Positions 9,839 to 20,836 are shown, counted from the stretch's first letter. The stretch: 60,765 bases of DNA from Candidatus Saccharimonadales bacterium (GCA_036278875.1 DASUKF010000030.1:1-60765), one strand, 5' to 3'. Notes: generated by a model from the sequence alone, not told the origin. Translations and numbers: made by a program.

Positions 9839-11098
9839 TTAGTAAGTTGCTACTACTATGAAGTCGGCCTGGGTAGAATAGCTACCGGTAGGAGTAACGG
9901 CATTAGGTGTGGCAGCGAAGACGAGTATAAGCGATTCGTCGTCGACTGCGCCGCTGGAGGATGCTATCTGGTCAAGCGTACCCGTCTCGTCCCAGGCGTA
10001 ACCTTGCGCGTTGCTGGTCCCATAAGTATTGGAGCCTACGCCGTCATACTGAGTGTCCCTTTGCAGGTTATAGGCGCCTGTGCCGAAAGTACATGTATAG
10101 GCAAGCGTGCTGCCGCAGTTCACTCCGGCTATACTCATTCCGAAATCTTCCGTGCCGGCTACGAAAGCACTTTGGGTAGTGCCGGCACTGGTAATACATT
10201 GGTCGGTATTGACGGCACCCACGTTACAGCTGGCACCGGGCACTCTTAGCGCACCAAGATGGTTGCTGCCGGAATCTTGAATGGATTTATAGCTTACGGT
10301 CGCGCCTGATGAAGCATTTGTCCTAAGCATGGCTATGCCATTTTTATTATTTCCGTCGCTGCCTATGGCTACCGGTGAAGTATTGACCGAAGCTGCGTCC
10401 AGGGTGCCTAAGTCTACGGTAGTACCGCCTATAGCCGAACAGTCGGCACCGGGAGAAGTCGTGGCGTCATTTACCGATGTATTGCCTACACAGAAGTTCA
10501 GGATTTCCTGGATACGGGCGGATATGGTCAGTGTCTGCGTGACGGCAGAGGCTACCGTACCGGCATCAAGAGCATTGGCAGAATCATAGTCATTGGAACT
10601 GTAGGTTGTTATCCTCACAAAGAAAGTACTGTTAGTGGTGGAAGGGTTGGTTATAGTCGAAAACGGCACTGTCTTGGCACCGTTGGTATCGGTACCGCTG
10701 GCCCTGTTTATACAGATAACGCCAGCTCCGGGCGTACAGTCATTTGCACCTGTAGTATCCACGGCAAAGGCGGTGCCGGTGAACCCGGTAGGTGAACCGA
10801 TGACACGGCTGGAAAAACTGAGACCCGTGGGAGCGGTACAAGTACCTATGGCCGCCGTACAAGCCTGGAACATTATTGACAGTATTGTCGTAGCAGTCGG
10901 TGCGGTAAAGCCAAAGGTATATGTAGCGCCTGAGGCGGCAGGTACGGCTGTAGATATCGTTAGAGAGCGTGACGTGAGCTGAGACGCATAAGCGTTAGGC
11001 CCGCTTATAATTGGAATCGATACTGCTAATGTCAATATTGCTGCTTGCACGAACAGGAATAACGAGCGAAAGCGTATCCTTAGTGATAAGAGATTCAT
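9839..11098 (-). CDS. Secreted beta-rich surface protein, paralog 2 of 3 (own promoter; candidate major subunit)
   Basis: 419 aa with a signal peptide ending AYA/SQ. Thr/Ser/Gly/Ala-rich with several Cys pairs. Ends GSYSTQADFIVVATY. Preceded by a strong promoter-like element. Confidence 0.65.
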   Translation of the reverse strand: MNLLSLRIRFRSLFLFVQAAILTLAVSIPIISGPNAYASQLTSRSLTISTAVPAASGATYTFGFTAPTATTILSIMFQACTAAIGTCTAPTGLSFSSRVIGSPTGFTGTAFAVDTTGANDCTPGAGVICINRASGTDTNGAKTVPFSTITNPSTTNSTFFVRITTYSSNDYDSANALDAGTVASAVTQTLTISARIQEILNFCVGNTSVNDATTSPGADCSAIGGTTVDLGTLDAASVNTSPVAIGSDGNNKNGIAMLRTNASSGATVSYKSIQDSGSNHLGALRVPGASCNVGAVNTDQCITSAGTTQSAFVAGTEDFGMSIAGVNCGSTLAYTCTFGTGAYNLQRDTQYDGVGSNTYGTSNAQGYAWDETGTLDQIASSSGAVDDESLILVFAATPNAVTPTGSYSTQADFIVVATY

Positions 11099-11158
11099 TT
11101 TTACCTTGCCTTTTTTATTTTAAATTGTGCACTTTTTTGTTGTTTTAATGCTCGACTG

Positions 11159-11188
11159 ATTATATGCATAGTTATGACAGGCTTGCAA
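11159..11188 (-). promoter_or_regulatory. Sigma70-like promoter candidate inside the surface cluster, upstream of the 9839..11098 gene
   Basis: Read on the minus strand: TTGCAA (11188-11183), 18-nt spacer, TATAAT (11164-11159). It lies in the only large gap (137 nt) within the cluster. Confidence 0.4.
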
Positions 11189-11235
11189 ATAAAATGCTTA
11201 AGATTCTTTCACGAGTTTTCCACAGGGCATACAGC

Positions 11236-11916
11236 TCATTTGGCCCGAAAACTCCACGCTATGTTGACGAATTGTGCGAACTGAGGCATGAACTCGAGGT
11301 CATGGTAAACGATATAATACTCGTTTACTTTGCCGTTACTGCCCGTAAGCGGCACCTGGTAGTTACCTTTCACCTGGCCGATGACTACCGTATTGGAAGT
11401 ACCGTCCACCTGGCACTTAACCCTTACGCCATCGACTACTCCTTCAACGGGATTATTGTCGCCCGGACGTATAATATCCTTTAAATAGTCGCGGCAATGT
11501 CCGCTTACGTCACCTACGCTAAAACGGTCAGTGTTTATCCTTACGGGCAACACGTGCGTAACCAGCAGGTCCCGGGGCAAAGAATTTACATACACGATAA
11601 GGTCGCTTTTAACTATATTTTTATTCGAGCTTCTATAGACGAATTTGGCGCTTGTGGATTCCTTCGGCACGAAATGCCAGGATTTATCCGTTTCAAAACT
11701 GAAATAACGCGTACTGAAATTCTGAAACGGGTTGAAATCTTTTGATTTAAAATCCGTCTGTGGCCGGTCAATTTTGTTTTCGTTCGCCGCATACCAAATG
11801 AAGAGCAGATAGCACAGCACGACAAACAGCAGCAAAAGGGTCAATATAAAGATGATGCGCTTGTACTTGCGCAGCACCACGTATTTAGGCAAAGTGAATT
11901 TGTAGTTATAAGGCAT
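11236..11916 (-). CDS. Hypothetical N-terminally anchored membrane protein of the surface cluster
   Basis: 226 aa. TM IIFILTLLLLFVVLCYLLFIW near the N-terminus, then a beta-rich ectodomain. Starts 2 nt after the stop of the upstream paralog gene. Confidence 0.6.
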   Translation of the reverse strand: MPYNYKFTLPKYVVLRKYKRIIFILTLLLLFVVLCYLLFIWYAANENKIDRPQTDFKSKDFNPFQNFSTRYFSFETDKSWHFVPKESTSAKFVYRSSNKNIVKSDLIVYVNSLPRDLLVTHVLPVRINTDRFSVGDVSGHCRDYLKDIIRPGDNNPVEGVVDGVRVKCQVDGTSNTVVIGQVKGNYQVPLTGSNGKVNEYYIVYHDLEFMPQFAQFVNIAWSFRAK

Positions 11917-11918
11917 AG

Positions 11919-12671
11919 CTAGTAGGTGGCTATTACTATCAGGTCCTGGGTAAAGACGTACTCGCCCGCCAGCGACAGACTGCTGATGTCATATATATAT
12001 GAAATGGTGTAATCAGTCCTGCCCGAGCTTTTATCAGACCTGGCAATGACATCTCCTTTGTTGTACTTATAGACGTTTGCGGTGTCATAACCCGGAGTAG
12101 CATAGCCGTAACCGAAAGTTGAGTCGGGAGCCTGCGAAGGGTCCGCACCGAAAGTGGTCGGGCTGGTATTCGCCTTCAGGTTTATACCGAACTGCTCCGT
12201 GCCGGGACTGGCGGCGGCCTGTGAAGCCATAGGCGTTATCTGATGCGTGTTATATGTCGGCGGATCGGAATTCATAATAACGGAATATCCGCTGGCCAGA
12301 TACGCCCGTACATAAAATGTCGAAGTAGTGGTAGAAGTGGAGCTGGGCGAAAGGGTACCCAGGTCGGTGTTGCCGCCGGTAACGTAGACTTCCAGATATG
12401 GTTCGTCCTTGGTGTTGAAACCGGCGTTGGCCTGATAATTCGTCGACGAGGTATTGCCTATGGTCTGCTCCCCGACCGTCTGCTGGGCATTGTAGTGGGC
12501 TGAATTCGCGTCCAGCTCTCCGCCGGGGCCGAAATGGGATTCTTCTATCTTATAGTTGGTCGATGAAGTCTGGGCGAATGCCTTTATTGGCATTACGGCC
12601 ATGATAAAAACCAGAAACAATACAGCCGGAAGATATCTCTTGAAGCTGATCTGTTTTGATTTCTTTTTCAT
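11919..12671 (-). CDS. Secreted beta-rich surface protein, paralog 3 of 3 (short form)
   Basis: 250 aa with a signal peptide ending AFA/QT. Shares TEQFGINLKAN and the C-terminal strand GEYVFTQDLIVIATY with the two larger paralogs. Confidence 0.65.
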   Translation of the reverse strand: MKKKSKQISFKRYLPAVLFLVFIMAVMPIKAFAQTSSTNYKIEESHFGPGGELDANSAHYNAQQTVGEQTIGNTSSTNYQANAGFNTKDEPYLEVYVTGGNTDLGTLSPSSTSTTTSTFYVRAYLASGYSVIMNSDPPTYNTHQITPMASQAAASPGTEQFGINLKANTSPTTFGADPSQAPDSTFGYGYATPGYDTANVYKYNKGDVIARSDKSSGRTDYTISYIYDISSLSLAGEYVFTQDLIVIATY

Positions 12672-12698
12672 TTTGCCTATACGTATATTTTACTAAAA

Positions 12699-12726
12699 TT
12701 GTTAATACCGTACCACTTGATATAAT
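12699..12726 (+). promoter_or_regulatory. Sigma70-like promoter candidate for the 12784 gene
   Basis: TTGTTA (12699-12704), 16-nt spacer, TATAAT (12721-12726), in the divergent intergenic region. Confidence 0.35.
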
Positions 12727-12783
12727 ATAAACAAGCATTAACACGTTAAAAGAAAAATCGCATCATTGAGGTAAAGTCCCGGT

Positions 12784-13791
12784 ATGGACCAGAAGCCAGA
12801 CAACAACCAGCAGGATGAACAAGCTTCTTTAGAGACCCTTGAGACACCCGCCGGGTCCGAGCAGACCCAGGCAGGCAGCAGCCAGGTTCCGGAAAATCAG
12901 CAAACAACCCCCGAACCGCAGGCTGCCGGGCCCGGGAAATCATTGGTCAGCCGGCTTTTGGACAAGGTGAAGTCATTTAATATATATCTGCTGCTTTTCA
13001 TCCTGGTCATAGTTTTATCCGGACTTATAACTTTCGTGGCATACCAGAAAAGCAAACAATCCGAACAAAAAGGCCCCAACGTTTCCTCCCAGGATATAAA
13101 CCAGGACGTGCTGAAACAGCTGCGCAACAGCAACGTCAGCGTCGGCGAGCCCAAGCAGATACTAAGTGTGGAAGCAAATGCCGTTTTCAGCGGTTCGGTA
13201 CTGGTGCGGGGCGATTTTGAGAGCGCAGGGCAGATAAAATCCGAGGGCAACATAACCACGCCGGGGTTGAACGTAGCGGGTACCGGCACTTTCCAGACTT
13301 TGCAGGCGGGCAAGCTGCAGATATCCGGAGACAGCCAGCTGCAGGGCAACCTGAGCCTGCAGAAGAGCCTGTCCGTAAGCGGTTCCGGCAACTTCGGCGG
13401 TACATTGACAGCCAGCAAGCTGAACGTTCAGTCGCTGGAGCTGGCAGGCAACCTGGTCATCAGCAGCCATATAGCATCGTCAGGCGGTACGCCGTCCAAA
13501 GCAAGCGGTAATGCGCTGGGCAGCGGCGGGACCGCGTCCTTAAGCGGCAGCGACACGGCAGGCACCATCACCATCAATACCGGCGGCAGTCCGCACGCGG
13601 GATGTTTCGTATCTGTCGGTTTCGCCAAGTCGTTCAATAGTACGCCGCATGTAGTAGTAACACCGGTAGGAAGCAGTGCAGCCGCTATAAACTATTACGT
13701 TACCCGTTCTTCAAGCGGCTTCAGTCTATGCACAACATCATCTGCGCAGGGCAGCAAGAACTTCGCCTTCGACTACATCGTCATCAATTAA
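12784..13791 (+). CDS. Membrane-anchored protein with beta-helix-like G/S/L repeats
   Basis: 335 aa. Disordered Q/E/P head, TM IYLLLFILVIVLSGLITFVAY, then quasi-repeats (GNITTPGLNVAGTGTFQTLQAGKLQISGDSQLQGNLSLQKSLSVSGSGNFGGTLTASKLNV) resembling bactofilin-like or polymer-forming beta-helix repeats. Confidence 0.6.
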   Translation: MDQKPDNNQQDEQASLETLETPAGSEQTQAGSSQVPENQQTTPEPQAAGPGKSLVSRLLDKVKSFNIYLLLFILVIVLSGLITFVAYQKSKQSEQKGPNVSSQDINQDVLKQLRNSNVSVGEPKQILSVEANAVFSGSVLVRGDFESAGQIKSEGNITTPGLNVAGTGTFQTLQAGKLQISGDSQLQGNLSLQKSLSVSGSGNFGGTLTASKLNVQSLELAGNLVISSHIASSGGTPSKASGNALGSGGTASLSGSDTAGTITINTGGSPHAGCFVSVGFAKSFNSTPHVVVTPVGSSAAAINYYVTRSSSGFSLCTTSSAQGSKNFAFDYIVIN

Positions 13792-14053
13792 ACATCCAGG
13801 AAGACGGTGACTTGGTTATCGCGCACATGCATAATGCCGCGGTCAATCTTGTATCTTTGCTGCTCCTTGCCTTCACCGCGCACAACGACTTCCCCGGCAT
13901 TCAAAATAGTCATAAATCTATGGTGCTGGGGCAGTACATCAAATGGCCCGGTGTCATTAGTTGCTGAAACACTTACCGCGTTTCCGTCGAAATATGTCCG
14001 AAATGGCGAATATATCTTGATGTGTATCCTGTCATGGATCGCCGCCTTGTCCA

Positions 14054-14054
<1 letters not shown>
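13788..14054 (-). CDS. atpC: F1 ATPase epsilon subunit, beta-sandwich domain only
   Basis: 88 aa (HIKIYSPFRTYFDGNAVSVSATNDTGPFDVLPQHHRFMTILNAGEVVV). Last gene of the atp operon, with its start overlapping the atpD stop (ATGA-type). Confidence 0.85.
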
Positions 14055-16216
<2,162 letters not shown>

Positions 16217-16224
<8 letters not shown>

Positions 16225-17647
16225 TCTTTGCCTCCACGAGCACGTCTTTCTTGAGTTTTTCAACCGTTTTATTGTAGTCCGATTCTTTCTCTACCTTGGC
16301 CGCATAATCATTGACCAGGTTTTTCAGATTGGTAACATCTATCTTTTCCCCGGATTGTTTGTTCAGCACAATGTCCAGCATCAACTGCTGGGACACGACG
16401 CCGTAAACATCCGTAGGCCCCTGGGTCAGGAGCGTGAACACGTTCTTGCCTTTTTCCAGAACCGTCTTGGATTCGTCCGTAAGCTCGGAGCCGAACCTGG
16501 AGAACTCCTCGGCCTGGCGGAACTCTGCTAAAAGCTTCAATGTCTTGGCGGCAAGGTCCTTCTGGTTGTCGGTATGGCCTACACCGCCTACCCTGGTGAC
16601 GCTAAGTCCTATATTGATGGCGGGGCGGACGCCGCTTCTGAACACGTTCATATCCAATATCCATTGTCCGTCGGTTATAGACATGATGTTGGTAGACAAG
16701 AACGAGGTTATATCGCCGCCGCTTGCAAGCACTATGGGTATTGCGGTCAGACAATTACCGCTTCCTTCCAGGCGGCCGGCACGTTCCAGCAGGCTGGAGT
16801 GCGCGTAAAACATATCGCCGGGGTATGAATCTCTGCCCGGACTTACTCCGGAAAGCAGAGATATCTCCCTGTACGCATGGGCGTGGCTGGTAAGGTCGTC
16901 ATAGATTATTATCGTGTCCTGATTCTGCTTCTGCCATAAATATTCGGCCATCGAGCAGGCCACGTAAGGCGCCAGATAAGTCGATATCAAAGAATCGAAC
17001 ATGGTCGAAACTACGACTATCGAGCTTTTGAGCGAATCGGTGGCTTCGAGTTTGTTTATCAGCATATCGACGTCGCTTTTGCGCTTGGCGATAAGACAAT
17101 ATACCGTTATCTGATCGGTGTTCTTCTGGTTGATGGTAAGCTGTGTCGCCAGAGTGGTCTTGCCGGATTTGCTGTCGCCGATTATGGCTATCCTCTGCCC
17201 GCGTACTATCGGGAATATGGAGTCTATGGACATGACGCCGCTTTCCAGCTGGGCTTCCAGGAGTTTCCTGGAATGAAGCGGCGGCGCATCATTGAACACC
17301 GGCCATACGCTGTCGGCGACTATCGGACCTTTGCCGTCCAGGGGATGGCCACTGGTCGATACGACCCGTCCGATGAAATTCTTGCCAACGCGACAGACCA
17401 GCTTGTCATGCTGCAATACGGCCAGGCTTCCGACACTTACGTTCCTGTTGCCCATATGAAGCACTAGTACGCTGTCTTCCATTATCTGTTTTACGAAGCC
17501 TTTGCTTCCGTCCTGAAACAAAACCAGCGAATGCAGATTTATCGGGTTCAAGCCTTTTATCTTGACGGTGAATTTGTCAATCCCCACCACTTCGCCTACG
17601 GGCTGGCCGCTTTTGACCAAACTGTCAAAATGGGTCTGCGCGCTCAT
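16217..17647 (-). CDS. atpA: F1 ATPase alpha subunit
   Basis: Walker A GDSKSGKT, IIYDDLTSHAHAYREISLL, PGRDSYPGDMFYAHSSLLERAG. 476 aa. Confidence 0.92.
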
Positions 17648-18126
17648 TTGGTTTTCTCCAATAGTTCTGACAAAAGGCCCTTACTGTCAGAGAATCTGTG
17701 CCTAAGGCTCATATCGAAAATCTTGTTCGTGGTCCTGACCACGCACCCGACGGATATGGTCGGTTGTATGCCTATTTCTATTATCAGGTCTTCTTCTACA
17801 TTCTGTCTGAACCAGGCGACCATCTTTTTCATTACGGCGGGTGACGGTTCTACGGCGAAGCTTACATGGATTTTCCGGGCACTGGTTCTGACAGCACGTA
17901 AGTTGCCTATCAGATGTTTGCGGTGAGTCTCGTCCAGAAGATTCAGCCCGTTTACCTCGCTGACTTCCTCCAACATCCGGGTTACCTTCGGCAGACTGTC
18001 CACCGTCTTCTGATCACGCAGCCCGGCCTGCAATAGATAATCATCTAGCTTCTCGGCCTCGCGTATGACCCTGCCCAGATCCAGCGGAGTTATGATATCG
18101 GGTGTTAGTTTGAACTTATCGCTCAC
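17644..18126 (-). CDS. atpH: ATPase delta (OSCP) subunit
   Basis: 160 aa, sited between b and alpha. C-terminal pattern VSFAVEPSP ... IEIGIQPTISVGCVVRTTNKIFDMSLRHRF fits the OSCP consensus. Confidence 0.75.
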   Translation of the reverse strand: MSDKFKLTPDIITPLDLGRVIREAEKLDDYLLQAGLRDQKTVDSLPKVTRMLEEVSEVNGLNLLDETHRKHLIGNLRAVRTSARKIHVSFAVEPSPAVMKKMVAWFRQNVEEDLIIEIGIQPTISVGCVVRTTNKIFDMSLRHRFSDSKGLLSELLEKTK

Positions 18127-18131
18127 TTGTG

Positions 18132-18755
18132 TCAGGTCCCTGATTTAATATCTTCAACAATAGCCTGCTTATTGCGTTCCAGCTCACTCAATATATATTC
18201 CAGCTGGTCCTCAAGGCTTATTTGATCGCCGATAGCGCTTATTACGTAATGATTAACGATCTCCGACATATTATCTTCAAAACGCTTTATCATGTGCTGT
18301 TTCTCATTTTCAAAAGCCTCGTTCAGCTGCTTGAGCAATACCTGTCTCTGCTCCTCTATAGACTGCTGGGTCTTATTGATAGAATCCAGCGCTATATTCT
18401 TAGCATCCTGGATTGATTCCTCGTATTTGGTAAAGGCATCCTGGAGCGTATTGGTTATCTCCTTTTTCATATAATCATTCACCTGCGACGTGGTCAGCCG
18501 CAAATCCTGCTGCAGGAACATGGCGTTCTCGCCGATAATTTTTTCAAAATGCAGGCGGCCGCGGTTGCGCAGCTCCTCACGGAACTCATCGTCAAAGATA
18601 TGCTGGACGGCGTCTTCGGCGACCGATTTTATATCCTGTTCCTGATTTTTTGCATCCGGTGCACTGCCCATACGTAGAGCCACCCAGACGAAACCTGCCG
18701 TAGCGCTCAGCAGGGAGCCGACTATCAGTATTATGTTCACATTGTCTTGTAGCAT
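18132..18755 (-). CDS. atpF: ATPase subunit b-like stator protein
   Basis: 207 aa with an N-terminal TM (IILIVGSLLSATAGFVWVAL) and a long charged coiled coil. Assigned mainly by position upstream of atpH. Confidence 0.6.
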   Translation of the reverse strand: MLQDNVNIILIVGSLLSATAGFVWVALRMGSAPDAKNQEQDIKSVAEDAVQHIFDDEFREELRNRGRLHFEKIIGENAMFLQQDLRLTTSQVNDYMKKEITNTLQDAFTKYEESIQDAKNIALDSINKTQQSIEEQRQVLLKQLNEAFENEKQHMIKRFEDNMSEIVNHYVISAIGDQISLEDQLEYILSELERNKQAIVEDIKSGT

Positions 18756-18773
18756 TTGCCCACCTTAAGACGC

Positions 18774-19613
18774 TTAAAGCTTTAGTAGTAAATATACCCC
18801 AAACATACCGCAGATGAAAACGATGATTCCAAGTACGACCACTTGCAGCAAGCCCCGGAGTATCGATGATTTGGACAAAGGATTGCGGCCCATAGCCAGC
18901 AGGCTGCTTTTTGCGCCGCCGTAAAGCATAAGGCCGGTAAGCAGACTGGTAGCAAGGAATACTATACTGGCCAGCCAGATACGCGCGCCGCTGACCGGCT
19001 TTCCGGCTACATTGGAGGACACGTCGCGCAGTATACTGGGTACCGTCTGAAGCTTGGAATTTTTCTGCAGCGGATTTGCGACTATGGATATGTTCACGGC
19101 TATACGGCCCAGGTTTATCTTCTTATTGTCGGATTGCCGGGTAGTTGAGCCTATGCTATCGCCGGAACCGTTGAAGGCCTCGGCAGCTTGGCCGAGCACT
19201 AATGACTGGCTGGTAGTAGCCTTCATCGCTATGCCTCTTAGCGAAGATATACTCAGATAATCACCGGTTTTTATCGGCCCATTCTCGTCGCTTACCAGTA
19301 CTTTGTGCGTGCCCGAATCGGCTACAAATACCGTCTGGTCGGAGCTGGCGATGACGACAGGAGAATCATTCTTTGCTACCACCACGCCTTTCAGTTCGCC
19401 AAGCGTAGCCTGGTCTACCGGTTCGACTTTGGTATTGTCGCTTCTTTTTTCCTTGACCATAAGCCCTTGCTGAAGCGGCTCGTCGGATTTATAGCCGCGG
19501 TCTATTGACTGTGCCTGGCCGGTGCCGCTGAAAACAGCCGGTATGGACATGGCCAGGACCACCAGGAAAAGCAGTCCGGTCAGGATACGTTTATGTATGT
19601 TTGTTTTCAGCAT
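18774..19613 (-). CDS. Exported protein with C-terminal c-subunit-like helical hairpin (no membrane carboxylate)
   Basis: 279 aa. Signal peptide LLFLVVLAMSIPAVFSGTGQAQS and a beta-rich domain of about 190 aa. The hairpin follows: IWLASIVFLATSLLTGLMLYGGA - KSSLLAMGRNPLSKSS - ILRGLLQVVVLGIIVFICGMFGVYLLL. It occupies the slot where atpE normally sits. Confidence 0.6.
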   Translation of the reverse strand: MLKTNIHKRILTGLLFLVVLAMSIPAVFSGTGQAQSIDRGYKSDEPLQQGLMVKEKRSDNTKVEPVDQATLGELKGVVVAKNDSPVVIASSDQTVFVADSGTHKVLVSDENGPIKTGDYLSISSLRGIAMKATTSQSLVLGQAAEAFNGSGDSIGSTTRQSDNKKINLGRIAVNISIVANPLQKNSKLQTVPSILRDVSSNVAGKPVSGARIWLASIVFLATSLLTGLMLYGGAKSSLLAMGRNPLSKSSILRGLLQVVVLGIIVFICGMFGVYLLLKL

Positions 19614-19638
19614 AAGTCAACTAGTTTAACCGCTTATG

Positions 19639-19668
19639 ATTATACTCTTTATGTATCTCCTTAGGCAA
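19639..19668 (-). promoter_or_regulatory. Sigma70-like promoter candidate at the head of the atp operon
   Basis: Read on the minus strand: TTGCCT (19668-19663), 18-nt spacer, TATAAT (19644-19639), 25 nt before ATG 19613. No clear SD in the leader. Confidence 0.35.
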
Positions 19669-19684
19669 ACATACGGGAAGATGC

Positions 19685-20836
19685 CTATCCCACTAGTTCG
19701 CGCAAAGTTTTTACGGTCTGTTTTATATCTTCTTCGGTTGTTTCACGGCCCAGGCTGAAGCGCATGGAACTTCTTATAAGCTCGTCGGAGAGGCCCATCG
19801 AGCGAAGTACGTGCGACGGTTCTTCCGATGACGCGCTGCAGGCTGCACCGGATGCGGCTATGATCCTATGTTCTTCCAGCTCCAGCAGCAGCCGCTCGTT
19901 ATCCACCCCCGGAAAGGTTACATGCAAGTTGTTCGGCAGACGCTTCTTCATAGTCCCGTTTACGGTTGCTCCGTCTATCTTTAGTACTTCGTCATGCAAA
20001 ATGTCCCGCAGCTTCCTGACCCTGTCCGGTTCCGTGGGCTTTATCTGCCCGACAATCTCTATCGCTCTGGCGAAACCGGCTGCTGCAGGCACGTTCGGTG
20101 TACCGCTTCTTAGTCCCCTTTCCTGGTCGCCGCCGAAGATAAGCGGGTTCAACATAGTACCGCTACTGATGAACAATGCCCCGTATTGCTTCGGTCCGTG
20201 TATCTTGTCCGAATTAAAGCTCAGCATGTCCACGCCAAGTCGGCTGGCATGCATATCCAGGTATTGCGTGGCCTGGCAGGCATCGGTATGCAGATACAAA
20301 GGTCTTTCTATGCCTCGTTTTGCGCGAGCGCGTCTTATTCCGGCCAAGCCGGCAGCGATCTTGCTTAGCGGCTGTATAGTACCGACCTCGTTGTTCGCAT
20401 ATATGACACTAAGTAAAACTGTCTCGTCAGTCACCGCCTCCAGCAGTTTATCCGGATCTACCCGGCCGTCTTTTTCCGGTTTTATAAATGAAGTTTCCCA
20501 GCCGTTTTGACCAAGGTACTGAATGGGTTTCAATACGGAATCATGTTCTGTAGCCGTAGTGATTATATGTGCTCCCGGATATTTCGTAGCTGTACCGATT
20601 ATAGCCAGATTGTTCGCTTCCGTTCCGCCTGCCGTGAATGTTATCTCTGTGTGCTTGGCACCCAAAAAAGCCGCTACGGTCTTTCTGGCTTCTTCCAGTG
20701 CGGCTTTGGTTTCGCGGGCTGGCGCATAGGTCGATGAGGGGTTATGGAATTTATCGCTGAAATACGGCTCCATGGCTTTAAGCACCCTGGGGTCCATAGG
20801 CGTGGCAGCGGCGTAATCCAAGTAGATGTATTTCAT
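19685..20836 (-). CDS. Cysteine desulfurase (class V aminotransferase, IscS/NifS-like)
   Basis: PLP-lysine motif SFNSDKIHGPKQYG, catalytic-Cys loop AASGAACSASS. 383 aa. Confidence 0.85.
   Translation of the reverse strand: MKYIYLDYAAATPMDPRVLKAMEPYFSDKFHNPSSTYAPARETKAALEEARKTVAAFLGAKHTEITFTAGGTEANNLAIIGTATKYPGAHIITTATEHDSVLKPIQYLGQNGWETSFIKPEKDGRVDPDKLLEAVTDETVLLSVIYANNEVGTIQPLSKIAAGLAGIRRARAKRGIERPLYLHTDACQATQYLDMHASRLGVDMLSFNSDKIHGPKQYGALFISSGTMLNPLIFGGDQERGLRSGTPNVPAAAGFARAIEIVGQIKPTEPDRVRKLRDILHDEVLKIDGATVNGTMKKRLPNNLHVTFPGVDNERLLLELEEHRIIAASGAACSASSEEPSHVLRSMGLSDELIRSSMRFSLGRETTEEDIKQTVKTLRELVG

Noticed and set aside
19764-20510. 248-aa Ser-rich + strand ORF
   Set aside because: It is antisense to the cysteine desulfurase gene, which carries clear PLP and Cys-loop motifs.
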